DNA of 64,000 bases from an uncultured Acidobacteriota bacterium (GTDB lineage: Bacteria; Acidobacteriota; Terriglobia; UBA7540): assembly GCA_963804995.1 (NCBI GenBank), contig CAWDSK010000006.1:1120001-1184000 (forward strand), read 5' to 3'. A program made the translations under genes and the position numbers. Positions 30,635 through 40,908 of this stretch are shown here, one piece after another; positions within the stretch are counted from its first letter, which is position 1; every line of letters starts with the position of its first letter. The notes below the pieces were generated by a model. The model ran no database searches and was not told the origin of the DNA. It saw nothing but the letters and a program-made list of their open reading frames with translations.

Positions 30635-32227
30635 ATGGCAACGTCATTGAAGATCTTGGGTTCTATTCTGCGTCTTGCCCTTCTGGCCGCCCCGCTTATT
30701 CTCCAAGCGCCCTGGCTCTTTGCGCAGACACTCCCCGCGCCGCCGGACGATGTTGCCCGGCAGTCTCTGAAGTTCACGACCCTTTACGGCCTCATCGAAC
30801 AGCATTATGTGGAGCCTGTGGATCCCGACCACCTCATTTTCGACGGGGGCATCCGCGGCATGCTGGCGACGCTTGACCCCTTCACCTCCTTCCTGGACCG
30901 CGACCAATTTGAGCTTCTGAAGCAGCAGGCGCGTGGCGAGGCACTGGGTTTCGGTTCGGTCCTCTATGTCACGGTGGGCAAGGTATTGATTTTGCAGACG
31001 ACCCCCGGTTCCCCTTCCGGGCGGGCTGGCCTGGGCCCTGGGGACGAGATTGTCGCGATCAATGGGGAGCGACTCGGCCTCCTGGATATGCAATCCTTGA
31101 TCGAACTCCTACAGCGCTCGCGCTCTCGTCCCGTACGCCTGGCGGTGATTCATCCCGGCAGGCTCGTGCCGGAGGACTTTGACCTGAACCCGGCACAGGT
31201 TGCCCTGCCCAGCGTGGATAAGAGCTTCCTTTGGTCGCCGGGAATCGCCTACGTGCACGCCACGAGCTTCGAGGAAAAGACTCCGCAGGAGGTGGCCGCC
31301 GCGCTCGATCGGATGGACGCCCCGCACTTGCAGGGCCTGCTTCTCGACCTGCGCGACAACCACGGAGGCATGGTGGACGCCGCGGTGGGTGTGGCAAGCC
31401 TTTTCCTCAAGCTGAATGACTTGGTTCTGACCACGCGCGGGCGCGCCACGCCGGAGAAGGTTTACCGCACCTCGAAACTGCCCCGCCACTATGACCTTCC
31501 GATCATCGTGCTCGTTAACGGCAATACGGCGAGCGCCGCTGAGGTGTTGGCCGCCGGGCTGCAAGAACACGATCGCGCCGTCATTGCGGGCGAGCCGACG
31601 TACGGCAAAGGCGTCGTGCAAGCGGTCACGGAACTCAGCGAGCACACGGGCCTGGCGCTCACCAGCGGCCAATACTTCACGCCCAGCGGACGGTCCATCC
31701 AACGGCCAATGCCCGGCACCGCGCTGACCTTTGCTTCGCTTGACCAGCCCGCCCTGCCCAAGCAGAAGACGCCGAATAACGCGGCAAGCGCGAGTCCCCC
31801 TGCCGCCGCTCCCACTTTTCATACCGGCGATGGCCGCCCCGTCACCCCCGGTGGCGGCATCACCCCGGACGTAGCCATCACCAAGCCCCCCCTCGACCCC
31901 TGGCTTGCCTTCGTCCTCCAGCGCGGCTACATGACGAGTTACGCCGAGTCGTATTTGACCACCCGCGGTAAAGTGGAGGAGTCTTTCGAGCTACCGCCCG
32001 AGATACTGGAGGACTTTCGCGAGAACCTCTTGCGCAACGGAGTCCGCGTCCCGGAAGAATACTGGAGCGCGGATCAGGACTACCTGAAGCTGCACCTCAA
32101 GGTTGAAATTATCAATCTGGTTTTTGGCCTGGCGCGCGGGGATGAAGTCGAGGCCAAGGGCGACCCGCAAGCCCAACAGGCCTCCCGCCTCTTTCCCCGC
32201 GTCCCGCAAATCCTGAAAGGGCAGTGA
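30635..32227 (+). CDS. S41 family carboxyl-terminal processing peptidase (CtpA/Prc-like)
   Basis: LDPFTSF, PDZ domain, LDLRDNHGG, TASAAE, TYGKGVVQ, YFTPSGRSIQ, GGITPD. Confidence 0.93.
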   Translation: MATSLKILGSILRLALLAAPLILQAPWLFAQTLPAPPDDVARQSLKFTTLYGLIEQHYVEPVDPDHLIFDGGIRGMLATLDPFTSFLDRDQFELLKQQARGEALGFGSVLYVTVGKVLILQTTPGSPSGRAGLGPGDEIVAINGERLGLLDMQSLIELLQRSRSRPVRLAVIHPGRLVPEDFDLNPAQVALPSVDKSFLWSPGIAYVHATSFEEKTPQEVAAALDRMDAPHLQGLLLDLRDNHGGMVDAAVGVASLFLKLNDLVLTTRGRATPEKVYRTSKLPRHYDLPIIVLVNGNTASAAEVLAAGLQEHDRAVIAGEPTYGKGVVQAVTELSEHTGLALTSGQYFTPSGRSIQRPMPGTALTFASLDQPALPKQKTPNNAASASPPAAAPTFHTGDGRPVTPGGGITPDVAITKPPLDPWLAFVLQRGYMTSYAESYLTTRGKVEESFELPPEILEDFRENLLRNGVRVPEEYWSADQDYLKLHLKVEIINLVFGLARGDEVEAKGDPQAQQASRLFPRVPQILKGQ

Positions 32228-32300
32228 CCCCGGTTTCTCGGGAGGGGAAGAACTAGGTTGACTTCATCGAAGACGTGATAGTCAGAGGCGCGCGGCAGGA

Positions 32301-32537
32301 TTATGCCACGTGCCTGTCGAGATAGTCGGGATCATCAAAGGAGCTCGCCGGTTCGTGAGCCTTACGCCCGTAAACCTTTTCGTAGGCTTGGCAGAACGGA
32401 CACACTCTGTTTTCGATTCGCTTCACAAAGTTGAAGGCCAGGCCCCGCTGCTTCCAGCGGGCATGTTTGCAGACTGGGCAATCCACGCAGCGCTGGGCCA
32501 TGGCTCGGTCGCGGTCCGTAATCGTCTCACCCTTCAT
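32301..32537 (-). CDS. Small Cys-rich hypothetical protein
   Basis: 78 aa; CVDCPVC and CPFC motifs; GGGAGG RBS. Confidence 0.65.
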   Translation of the reverse strand: MKGETITDRDRAMAQRCVDCPVCKHARWKQRGLAFNFVKRIENRVCPFCQAYEKVYGRKAHEPASSFDDPDYLDRHVA

Positions 32538-32664
32538 AATTTACGCCTCCCGCAACATCCTCAGCATTTCCCATAACTTGGCGCTGCTTGCCACCCAAAA
32601 GTCCTCCCGGATTCCCCTGCCGCCGCCCATAGGGGAAATCGCGTACCCCTACCGAATTTTTCTG

Positions 32665-32693
32665 TTGCACTATGGTTGCCAAATGTGTATACT
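32665..32693 (+). promoter_or_regulatory. Sigma-70 promoter of the csp gene, giving a ~140-nt structured 5' UTR
   Basis: TTGCAC-N17-TATACT; UTR hairpin AGGCCGCAAAATC/GATTTTGTGGCTT. Confidence 0.65.
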
Positions 32694-32838
32694 AAAAACG
32701 CTTGATGAGCGTTTGTGACCGAACACCACGATGACGGAGGCCGCAAAATCGTTGATTTTGTGGCTTTTTCTGTTTATGGCGAGCGGTAATGACACGCCAA
32801 CAAGTTAATCTCAAACAATCAAAGGAACACCGAAACAA

Positions 32839-33045
32839 ATGGACAGAGAACAAGGTATCGTGAAGTGGTTCAACAATTCGAAGGGCTATGGATTCATCCA
32901 GCGCTCTTCCGGAGATGACGTCTTCGTGCATCACTCCGCTATTCAAGCCGAAGGCTACCGCTCGCTCAACGAAGGTGAAGCCGTGGAATTCGCCGTCACC
33001 AAGGGCCCCAAAGGCCTGCAAGCTGAGAACGTCAAAAAGCTCTAA
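32839..33045 (+). CDS. Cold-shock protein (CspA family)
   Basis: GIVKWFN, RNP1 KGYGFI, RNP2 [17 protein letters not shown]. Confidence 0.97.
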   Translation: MDREQGIVKWFNNSKGYGFIQRSSGDDVFVHHSAIQAEGYRSLNEGEAVEFAVTKGPKGLQAENVKKL

Positions 33046-33119
33046 GCCCAACCCAGATCCCTGCCCGCGCCTTGCACTCGGGCAACGGCGCGGGCGGAAA
33101 TCCCGGAAAGGAAGCCACC

Positions 33120-33413
33120 ATGCAAATCCAATATCTAGGATTTCGACTCAAGCAGCATGGCCGGGACTACACCTACCGGGTGGTCGTCAACCAAGCCGAA
33201 GACCGCGAGTTTATCTTCAGTATCTCTAACCGCTCCTTTGCCGAAACTCATTTGCCTTTTCAGGATGCTGCCGCCCTCTGCTATCAGAAACTTCAAAAGG
33301 CCCTGGACCTGGAAACGGCAGAGCATCCCCTACCCCGCTGTTCCACCCTATCGGCTCAGGAACTCGACGCCTACCGCGAAGCCCATCGCCCCGCCCGCAA
33401 GCGCTCCTGGTAG
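33120..33413 (+). CDS. Hypothetical protein, 97 aa, homologous to the N-terminus of 37683-38480
   Basis: AAGGA RBS; 29/94 ungapped identities to the paralogous domain (hand alignment). Confidence 0.8.
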   Translation: MQIQYLGFRLKQHGRDYTYRVVVNQAEDREFIFSISNRSFAETHLPFQDAAALCYQKLQKALDLETAEHPLPRCSTLSAQELDAYREAHRPARKRSW

Positions 33414-33504
33414 AGACTTTCCGGCGAACATCCTTGCAACCACCCAAAGTGTGGTCTACCATCCGCACTCCGGATTAATGCAGCACACACCCTGAGGCCA
33501 CATT

Positions 33505-34674
33505 ATGACCATGTCATCCAAGCAAAGATTCCTCGCCGCGTTGCAACGGCGCAAGCCTGACCGCCTGCCCGTAACCACCCACCACGTCATGCAGTATTAT
33601 CTCGACAAGTACGAGGGGGGGATTTCCAGCCAGGAATTCTTTGCGCGCTATGGCCTGGACCCCATCACCTGGCACGTGCTGCACAGGCCGGCGGCCGGCA
33701 GCGGTGACTTCTTCGATCCTTTGCAGGGCGAGCCCGGGTTTTTGGAAGCGCGCCGCATTTCGTCCCCCGGATGGAGAATTGAGCCGGAAGAGATTCCTGA
33801 TGAGACTTACAAAACTGTCCGCTATCGTTTCGTGACGCCCAAGGGCACGCTCACCATGATGACGCAATCCAACGCCCAGACCACCTGGGTCAGCGAGCAC
33901 CTCGTCAAGAACCACCGCGATATCGACCTGATCGGGGAGTTCGTTACTTCTCCCCGGTGCGATGTCGAGGCGACGAACCAGGTCGTCGAGCAATACGGTG
34001 AGCGGGGCCTGGTGCGCAGCCACATTCCCTGCTTCGACGTGTACGGGCAACCGGGCACCTGGCAAGACGCTTGCTGCCTTTATCCCACCGAGCAGCTTAT
34101 CCTCGCGACCTACGACGATCCCACCTGGGTACACGAATTCCTGGGAATCCTGCACCGGCGCAAAAAGACTTATATCCGCTCCATGGCGGGGGCGAAAATT
34201 GACCTGGTGGAACTCGGGGGCGGTTCGGCCTCGTCCACGGTTATTTCACCCAAGCTTTTCGACCAGTTCGTGGCGCCCTACGATACGGAGTTGATCGCCC
34301 TCGCTCACCAGGCCGGCCAGCGGATTGTCTATCACACCTGCGGCGGCATGATGCCCATCCTCGAAAGAATCGCCGCCATGCAGCCCGATGCCATGGAAAC
34401 CTTCACGCCCGCCGCCATGGGGGGCGATATGATCCTGGCTGAAGCCAAACGGCGCATCGGCGACCGCGTCTGCTTTGTCGGCGGGTTCGATCAGTTTCAC
34501 TGCCTGGTGGATTGCACTCCGGAAGCCACGCGCGCCGCCGTACGTCAGTGCTTCGAGGACGCAGGCGAAGGCGGTGGCTTCATTCTCTCCCCCTCAGACC
34601 ACTTCTTCGATGCCGACCCACGTTTGGTTGCAGCTTACGCTGACGAAGGGCGCCAATGCGTCTACAGGGCGTGA
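33505..34674 (+). CDS. Uroporphyrinogen decarboxylase / MtaA-CmuA superfamily protein
   Basis: PDRLPV, ISPKLFDQFVAPY, YHTCGG, GGFDQ, GGFILSPSDH. Confidence 0.85.
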   Translation: MTMSSKQRFLAALQRRKPDRLPVTTHHVMQYYLDKYEGGISSQEFFARYGLDPITWHVLHRPAAGSGDFFDPLQGEPGFLEARRISSPGWRIEPEEIPDETYKTVRYRFVTPKGTLTMMTQSNAQTTWVSEHLVKNHRDIDLIGEFVTSPRCDVEATNQVVEQYGERGLVRSHIPCFDVYGQPGTWQDACCLYPTEQLILATYDDPTWVHEFLGILHRRKKTYIRSMAGAKIDLVELGGGSASSTVISPKLFDQFVAPYDTELIALAHQAGQRIVYHTCGGMMPILERIAAMQPDAMETFTPAAMGGDMILAEAKRRIGDRVCFVGGFDQFHCLVDCTPEATRAAVRQCFEDAGEGGGFILSPSDHFFDADPRLVAAYADEGRQCVYRA

Positions 34675-34741
34675 TAATCCATAGCGCAGCGCGGCGGAGT
34701 CGCAACCAACGCGTCTCGTAGGGGTGCCCCTCGGCATCGGG

Positions 34742-35041
34742 AGCGAAATTTCGGAGTGCGGGAGCTTGCTCCCGCTTTTGCCACCGCTGACTCGTCAGCG
34801 GTCGGCGTATCGCCGGATCGAGTTGCGGCGCGGGAAAGCGGCGACGAGTCGCCGCACTCCGAAATGAGAGCCTGCACCACCCCTGCCGCAAAGCGAAATT
34901 TCGGAGTGCGGGAGCTTGCTCCCGCTTTTGTCACCGCTGACTCGTCAGCGGTCGGTGCATCGCCGCATCGAGTTGCGGCGCGGGAAAGCGGCGACGAGTC
35001 GCCGCACTCCGAAACGAGAGCCTGCACCAGCCCTGCCGGAA
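34742..35041. repeat. Two tandem 150-bp REP-like units (GGAGTGCGG family)
   Basis: Palindromic cores at 34749-34864 and 34899-35014 are nearly identical. Confidence 0.9.
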
Positions 35042-35133
35042 ACGCTTGGGATGGCACGCGCGCCTCGGCAACGCACAGCCAGTCCGTTGCTCCCAGGAGC
35101 AACCCCCTCCACTCGAAACGAATCCCACCTCCG

Positions 35134-36309
35134 ATGATGTATCGTGCGCGGTTGGCAACCATCAACTTGGGCTGGCATACCATCGCGTTGGCTGTGGGGG
35201 CAGCGCTCCTTTGCGCACGCCTGGCGTGTGGCCAGAGTCCGAACTCCTCTCCCCGCCAAGCTGACACAGAAAATTACAAGCTCAGGGTGCACTCGAACCT
35301 GGTTTTTCTCCCCACCCGGGTTGAGACAAAGGAGGGCGAGACCATCTATGGACTCAAGGCGGAGCAATTCATCGTTGAAGACAATGGCATCCGCCAGGCC
35401 GTGGAGGTTGACGAAGACCCTGATTCCCGGGGCTTATCCCTGGTGGTGGCGGTGCAATGCAGCAGAGCGGCGCCGGCGGAATTCAGAAAGCTCAAGGGCC
35501 TCAGCGCCATGATCGATGAAATAGTCGGTGATGCCCCGCACGAGGTTGCGGTGCTCGCCTATGGCGAAAGGCCTTACGTGCTTGACGACTTCTCCCCCCA
35601 TGCTGAAGCCGTTCCTTTGGCCTTGTCGAAGCTCAAACCCTGCGGCGACTACCATGCCGTTACAATCGATGCAGTCTTTTTCGCCATCAACATGCTGAGG
35701 CGCCGGCAGAATCATTACCGCCGCGCCATCCTACTGATCAGCGAAACACGCGACCACGGGAGCCGCGCCAAACTCGATGAAGTGGTTGCCGAACTCGGGG
35801 TCACTGACACCGTGATCTATTCGGTCGCATTTTCCCCAGCCCGAGATGATCTTATCCATGGTCTCCGCTATGGCATTGATCAGCCGCAAGCTCCCGTCTT
35901 CACCGCTCCGCCACCCTCCTCCGGCCCACCGCCCACTGTGGAATCGGACTCATCCTCGGCTGCCTTGACCGAACCCTTGTACACAGAGCATCCGCCTCTT
36001 TTGGAACTACCTCCGGAAGTGCAACTGATAGCTAATGCCCTGAAGCCGAACGCTGCGTCTGAACTCGCCGGTCTCTCCGGTGGCGAGTACATCAACTTCA
36101 CGACGCAGAGGGGGTTTGAGCAAGGCTTACAGCGTGTCTCCGGCCAGATCCATGATTATTATGTGCTCAGCTTCAAGCCGTCAGCCGGCCCTGGCATGAG
36201 CCTTCATTCCCTCCGGGTTCGCGTTGCAGGTTATCCGGACGCCGTGATACAGAGTCGAAGATCCTATTGGTCGGGAATCTTCGAGTCTTCAACCGGGGAC
36301 GGTCGATAG
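35134..36309 (+). CDS. VWA domain protein (Acidobacterial VWFA-related)
   Basis: Signal peptide, GLKAEQFIVEDNG, RRAILLISETRDHGS, SGGEYINF, YVLSFKP; ORF-track start 34756 runs through REPs. Confidence 0.85.
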   Translation: MMYRARLATINLGWHTIALAVGAALLCARLACGQSPNSSPRQADTENYKLRVHSNLVFLPTRVETKEGETIYGLKAEQFIVEDNGIRQAVEVDEDPDSRGLSLVVAVQCSRAAPAEFRKLKGLSAMIDEIVGDAPHEVAVLAYGERPYVLDDFSPHAEAVPLALSKLKPCGDYHAVTIDAVFFAINMLRRRQNHYRRAILLISETRDHGSRAKLDEVVAELGVTDTVIYSVAFSPARDDLIHGLRYGIDQPQAPVFTAPPPSSGPPPTVESDSSSAALTEPLYTEHPPLLELPPEVQLIANALKPNAASELAGLSGGEYINFTTQRGFEQGLQRVSGQIHDYYVLSFKPSAGPGMSLHSLRVRVAGYPDAVIQSRRSYWSGIFESSTGDGR

Positions 36310-36617
36310 AGACATTCGCCCACAGGTACAAGCTGGCCGACGCAGGCTACCGTGCTTCGCGCCGCTGACGGGATTGTGATTCCCGCACAAACCCAAACTC
36401 GGTTCGTAACCAAAGGCCCCTTAAATGAAGAGGCTTATCTAAACCTAGTGACGAAAGTTAGACTCCTGGGATTGGACACAACCAGGCTGATCCGGATGGC
36501 TGGAAAGAAATAATCGGGCGCACCTCAGTGCGTCGTATTCTGCAAGGTAACGTTCGACCACAACGAACGAAACGGATTGTGGATACTCGATCCCCCGGTG
36601 GGTAGAGAGGAGGTTAA

Positions 36618-37061
36618 ATGAAGAAGCCAAAAATGCAGCAGGTGTGGCAGGCGATCAGTTATATTCTGTGCTTTCTCTTGGCATTGCGAATCACAGACGG
36701 CCTCGACGGAACGGAGTTTAGTGGAGGGTGGCTTACGGGCCCGCTGCTCTCGATGGCCGATATGGGAATCCTTCTTTTCGTGCTCGCTTTTGTCGTGACA
36801 TTCGCGTTTCCGAGGGTCGCTGCGGTGCTCGGACTGGCGTCATCGCTGCTCTGCTTACCACTTTATCTGTTCTTCATCGCACCAGTTCCATTCAATCAGG
36901 TCTTCGGATTTGGGCATCAGTTCAGTGTTCAGCCGGCTCCGGGCCTCCACTGGGGAAAATGGACAGTGACAGGCTTACTCACCCTCGTCCTTACATGTTT
37001 CTTGTGCGCTCGCCGAATCGCAGAATGGAATAGGCCCGAGAAACTGCCGGCCCAACCATAG
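36618..37061 (+). CDS. Hypothetical membrane protein (~4 TM)
   Basis: Strong GAGGAGG RBS; hydrophobic segments. Confidence 0.7.
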   Translation: MKKPKMQQVWQAISYILCFLLALRITDGLDGTEFSGGWLTGPLLSMADMGILLFVLAFVVTFAFPRVAAVLGLASSLLCLPLYLFFIAPVPFNQVFGFGHQFSVQPAPGLHWGKWTVTGLLTLVLTCFLCARRIAEWNRPEKLPAQP

Positions 37062-37347
37062 GCCGAAGCGGTCCGCACCGTCGGCTCTCCCAAGTGCCGA
37101 CCACCCCGATCCGCTCTTCATCCTAGTGATTTACCGAGCGCCGGCACTTCCGCTCGATGCCCCACCGACCGCGTTCTCATTTACGCAGGATTGCCGAAAG
37201 CACACGCTGATCGGGGTGGCTGGAGAGAAATAATCTGGATTTAGAGGCGTACGGCTGCGGCGTCGCAGACCCGGCGCCGCGCGAGCGTCCTCAGCACGGG
37301 CCTTCCCTCTGCGATGACCATTACAAAATGCAGCCCCTGCAGCTCAG

Positions 37348-37569
37348 CTAAGCCTGAGCCTGAACAGCGGCTTTCTTGCGGCGTCTGGCGGGGGAAGGTT
37401 TCGGTGGAAGGGTTTCGTCGGACAGCTCAACCACCATAATCTTGGTGACAAATTTCTTCGGTCCATGCAAGTGGAAATCAATCGAGGTACGTTCGGCGTC
37501 CGACTCGGTTACCACACCGAGTCCGTATTGAAAGTGCCTGACGCACCGGCCTTCCGGGAGTGATTGCAT
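37348..37569 (-). CDS. Small SH3/Tudor-like protein (DUF3553 / UvrD C-terminal-like)
   Basis: VRHFQYGLGVV...IDF..HGPKKF pattern; AAGGAG RBS. Confidence 0.6.
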   Translation of the reverse strand: MQSLPEGRCVRHFQYGLGVVTESDAERTSIDFHLHGPKKFVTKIMVVELSDETLPPKPSPARRRKKAAVQAQA

Positions 37570-37682
37570 ATTAGTCTCCTTTTTGGCGAGCGGATTATGG
37601 AATTAAGGGAACCCTGCCTATACCTACATGCCTGACTGCGAGCGCCGGCCGATCTTCGGAGCGGCGGAAATTCTGGCCCTGG

Positions 37683-38480
37683 TCAGGCGGTGGCGAACTG
37701 AGCCTGGCGCAAAGCCAGAACGCTCTCTACGGCGCTCTTCACCACCTGAGTCAACTCGTTGACGGTGAAGGGAGGCACAATGAAATCAAACGCCCCGCCC
37801 CCCATAGTATCCACATAGAGCCTGACATCGACCAGGCGCGAAACAATAATGACCTTCACGGCCTGCTCTGACTCGAGCGCGTGCTTGACGACGTCCGTCC
37901 AGGCGGCATCCGGCAACTGGGCCTCGGTAAACACCAGGTGGGGCGGATTCGCCGCTCTCAGCAGCGGCCAGGCTTCCTCGCCTGTTTCAAGCCAACGGAC
38001 CTGGATCGATTGCAATTCCAGAGCCTGCTGAAGCAGACGTAAGGTATGGCCGGGTCGATGCAACAGGAGCGCCGTGATTTTCTCTTTCAAGGGATTTTTC
38101 CTCGGTTCCGAGAGCCCCTGCCAGGGCGCTGCCGGCGGCACGAGTGCCTGTGCGTCTGGAGGTTCCGGGGAAAACGGCTCTCTTTGCCCGAACGGCTTTT
38201 TTACGGGTGGGTAGTGCCGCGCCAGATACTCGCGGATGTCCTGCTCATTGATTTGCAACTCGAGCTGCGCGCCCGCCGACGGTGTCTCCCGGCCCAACTC
38301 CTGCTCCAATCGCTCAAAACAGATGCCGGGGCCATCCTGGAGTTTCAGGGAGGCCCAATGATTCGTGTCGGAGTGAATTCTGACCGTGAATTCGCGTGGC
38401 TCCCGGGCGGCCTCGAGCACGCGGAAGGTGTAGGTCCGTGAATTTGCCACTGCCTCAAACCCGCCGTACTGAATATGCAT
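37683..38480 (-). CDS. Uncharacterised N-terminal domain fused to an atypical (pseudo-)receiver domain
   Basis: REC-like HLVFTEAQLPD, VIIVS, GAFDFIVPPF; N-terminus homologous to 33120-33413. Confidence 0.75.
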   Translation of the reverse strand: MHIQYGGFEAVANSRTYTFRVLEAAREPREFTVRIHSDTNHWASLKLQDGPGICFERLEQELGRETPSAGAQLELQINEQDIREYLARHYPPVKKPFGQREPFSPEPPDAQALVPPAAPWQGLSEPRKNPLKEKITALLLHRPGHTLRLLQQALELQSIQVRWLETGEEAWPLLRAANPPHLVFTEAQLPDAAWTDVVKHALESEQAVKVIIVSRLVDVRLYVDTMGGGAFDFIVPPFTVNELTQVVKSAVESVLALRQAQFATA

Positions 38481-38932
38481 AACTCTTACCCGCTCGCTGC
38501 CCGCAAGCCTTGACCCCTAAAGTTTGGACTGAGGGCGGAGGTGGCGCCGCTGGATCTTGTCCCGTGCGCCGTGATCGGCTCAAGCTTGAGAAGCTGTGAA
38601 GAAATCCCATCAAACCTTTCACCGCGGAGACGCGGAGGCGCAGAGGTTTGAAAACAAAGGGTCATTTCTCAGCGTCTCAGCGGTGAAAATGGTATTTTTT
38701 CACACCTTCCGAACCGTGGGCCGCCGTCCTACTTGGCCACGGCAAGAACCGGCTCTGGTATTTTGCTCATCAGCGCCTTCCGCAATTCTCGCATTTGCTT
38801 GCGGAGAAGATTCCTGCGATTGTGCTGCCGCCCGAATCTGGCTTTGTCACCGTTTCTTTGAGACATCGTTCCCTCCTGGGTAGGCCCCAGAAACTTCTGA
38901 GTTCCGAGCAGAAGCCCCGCCCGCGTTCCCTT

Positions 38933-39283
38933 TCAGAGCGATTGGCTTCCCGGCGTCCGGCCGGTAATCGACGGCGTGGAAAACAGCGGTCCGGTCCTTA
39001 AGGCCACGAGCGAAATGAGAAACGCCACGATGCTGACCCATTCCACGCCCAGGAAAACCCTGTGTGGAAGCGTGACGGGCAGCGCCGGGTTAAAGAGTGC
39101 CGACATGGCGAGGAATACGATCCCCCAGATGTATTTGCGCATGCGCAAGGCCTGCACGAAAACCACAAGAGCGGCCACACAAACCACGATTTCGAGCCCA
39201 ATCCGGTAGCCGGCAGAAGAACCGAACAACATTCCGAATAGCAAGGTAGTGGCAGAAAGCCCCTTCATAATGCTGGTGAACAT
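38933..39283 (-). CDS. Small membrane protein (DUF6804-like)
   Basis: Four hydrophobic segments; Y..LEIVVC and ALFNP motifs. Confidence 0.6.
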   Translation of the reverse strand: MFTSIMKGLSATTLLFGMLFGSSAGYRIGLEIVVCVAALVVFVQALRMRKYIWGIVFLAMSALFNPALPVTLPHRVFLGVEWVSIVAFLISLVALRTGPLFSTPSITGRTPGSQSL

Positions 39284-39491
39284 TAAAAGCCCCGTTTCTT
39301 TTTCGCTTGGCCGGTGAAACTAGTGGAAGGCGTGGGCCAGCCGCGGACGACCCCTGAGAGTCTTCGCCCTCCGGCCGCTCGGCGCAGAGGTGGAAATCCC
39401 AGGGCGCTCGCCGATGCAGCGCGGTTGCAGATAATCTGAAGCGGTTCAGATGACCTGGAAGGTGAGGAAAGTGCGGCTCATCTTCTCCATT

Positions 39492-39520
39492 AGATTAAGT
39501 GAATTAACTTGTATTGTCAA
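39492..39520 (-). promoter_or_regulatory. Sigma-70 promoter with an imperfect palindrome in the spacer (candidate operator)
   Basis: Minus strand TTGACA-N17-TAATCT; AAGTGAATTAACTT (12/14 symmetric) at 39497-39510; divergent from the XRE gene. Confidence 0.5.
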
Positions 39521-39581
39521 GTGGAATCTGTCAATCTCGAAGCCGGATTCATCATCTTTGGTTAAGTCAAGGAGCAACCCT

Positions 39582-40439
39582 ATGGATATGGCCCTGGTCC
39601 TCCGGCAACGCCTGGAACAACTGGACCTCGAACAGCGGAATCTCGCGTCGGCGGCGCAGGTCACGGAATCGTATATCTCTCAGTTGCTCGCCGGCAAGAA
39701 AGCGCCTCCTGCTCCCGGTCGCACGGATATCTACGACAAGCTGGAACAGGTGCTGGGGTTCCCCAAGGGTGAGCTGGCGCGGATCGCGGAACTCCAGCGC
39801 CAGGAAGTGGTGAAACGCAAATTGGGTGTCACCACTGCCCCGCTCTTCCAGGAGATTCGGGATCTGGTCCTGCGCAAATGCCATCCCGACAAACAGAAAT
39901 CGGTGCGCGCCATCTTTGAGCAGCAACCCTTCGGCGAGCTCGAACGTTTGGTGACGCAGAAGCTTCTGGAAGTGGTGAAGGGCGTGGTCAGGAAGGAACT
40001 GGATAATGAAAAGTGGCTGCGCCGCGTGGCGCAACTCAGCCGCCACAGTTACGAACAGATACGCGTTACGATTCTGGATTTCCTGGATCAGGATGTCTTT
40101 AACGTGTCGCCGGAAAACTGTGTGACCTTCCTGCAGCCGCTGATTGAATCCTGGGATATCGATCTTGCCACGTTTGGCATGGATATCGTCCTGAACCACC
40201 GCGTGGCCCCGGGACACCCCAAGAAATTCGAGTATGTGGAAAGGGAGCCCGAATCCAATCCGAAGGATGAACCCGGTTTTACCGCCTTCCTCGAGACCAC
40301 TTCCCTCAGCAAGGACGCCACCAAGGACGAGATCGAGTTTCTGCGAAAGCTGCGCTTCGACTCGCGGCGGCCCACTCCGCTTTATTATTATCGCGAACTC
40401 CAAAACCTGCGCGACCCCCTGCATTTCCGCCCTTCCTAG
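39582..40439 (+). CDS. XRE-family HTH regulator with a long uncharacterised C-terminal region
   Basis: LEQRNLASAAQVTESYISQLLAGK HTH; AAGGAG RBS before 39582. Confidence 0.8.
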   Translation: MDMALVLRQRLEQLDLEQRNLASAAQVTESYISQLLAGKKAPPAPGRTDIYDKLEQVLGFPKGELARIAELQRQEVVKRKLGVTTAPLFQEIRDLVLRKCHPDKQKSVRAIFEQQPFGELERLVTQKLLEVVKGVVRKELDNEKWLRRVAQLSRHSYEQIRVTILDFLDQDVFNVSPENCVTFLQPLIESWDIDLATFGMDIVLNHRVAPGHPKKFEYVEREPESNPKDEPGFTAFLETTSLSKDATKDEIEFLRKLRFDSRRPTPLYYYRELQNLRDPLHFRPS

Positions 40440-40908
40440 TGTGCGGTATTCTTAAAAGAAGAAAGGTTCGGTCGCTGGGTTGTGGCTGCACAGTACCGTG
40501 CACGCTGCGAGACTCTGAGGTGGGACACAAGTGTAAGAGCCGGAGGGGGTAAATCTGCCCGTCCAGCCGGGCGCGGGTTGAAGAGGCGGGCTCGGCCTCG
40601 CCTGCTGTCCCACTCCAATTTTGCAGGCCCCCCGACGTTTTGAAAGCAAGTGGGACTGTCCCACAAGTTGGGCTCCGCGGGGCATAGCGAGCGAGGTCCC
40701 ACTTATTTCCCCACCCTCATGCGTTTTCTTCCTATGACTTTTCACGTGTGCCGCCGCCGCGCTAAGCTTCCATCTGGAGGCTTGTGCATCAGGCCTTCGC
40801 TCCGCCAGGCCCGCCAAGACTTTCTCTTCCCCTGGCGCTCACAAGTGTGGATAATGGCGCAGGCGGCGCGGGACATCTCAGACCTGCGGCGGCCCAAGGG
40901 ATATCATC

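Noticed and set aside
34756..35133. N-terminal extension of the VWA ORF containing a repeated peptide
   Set aside because: It is the translation of two tandem REP units; the signal peptide starts at ~35134
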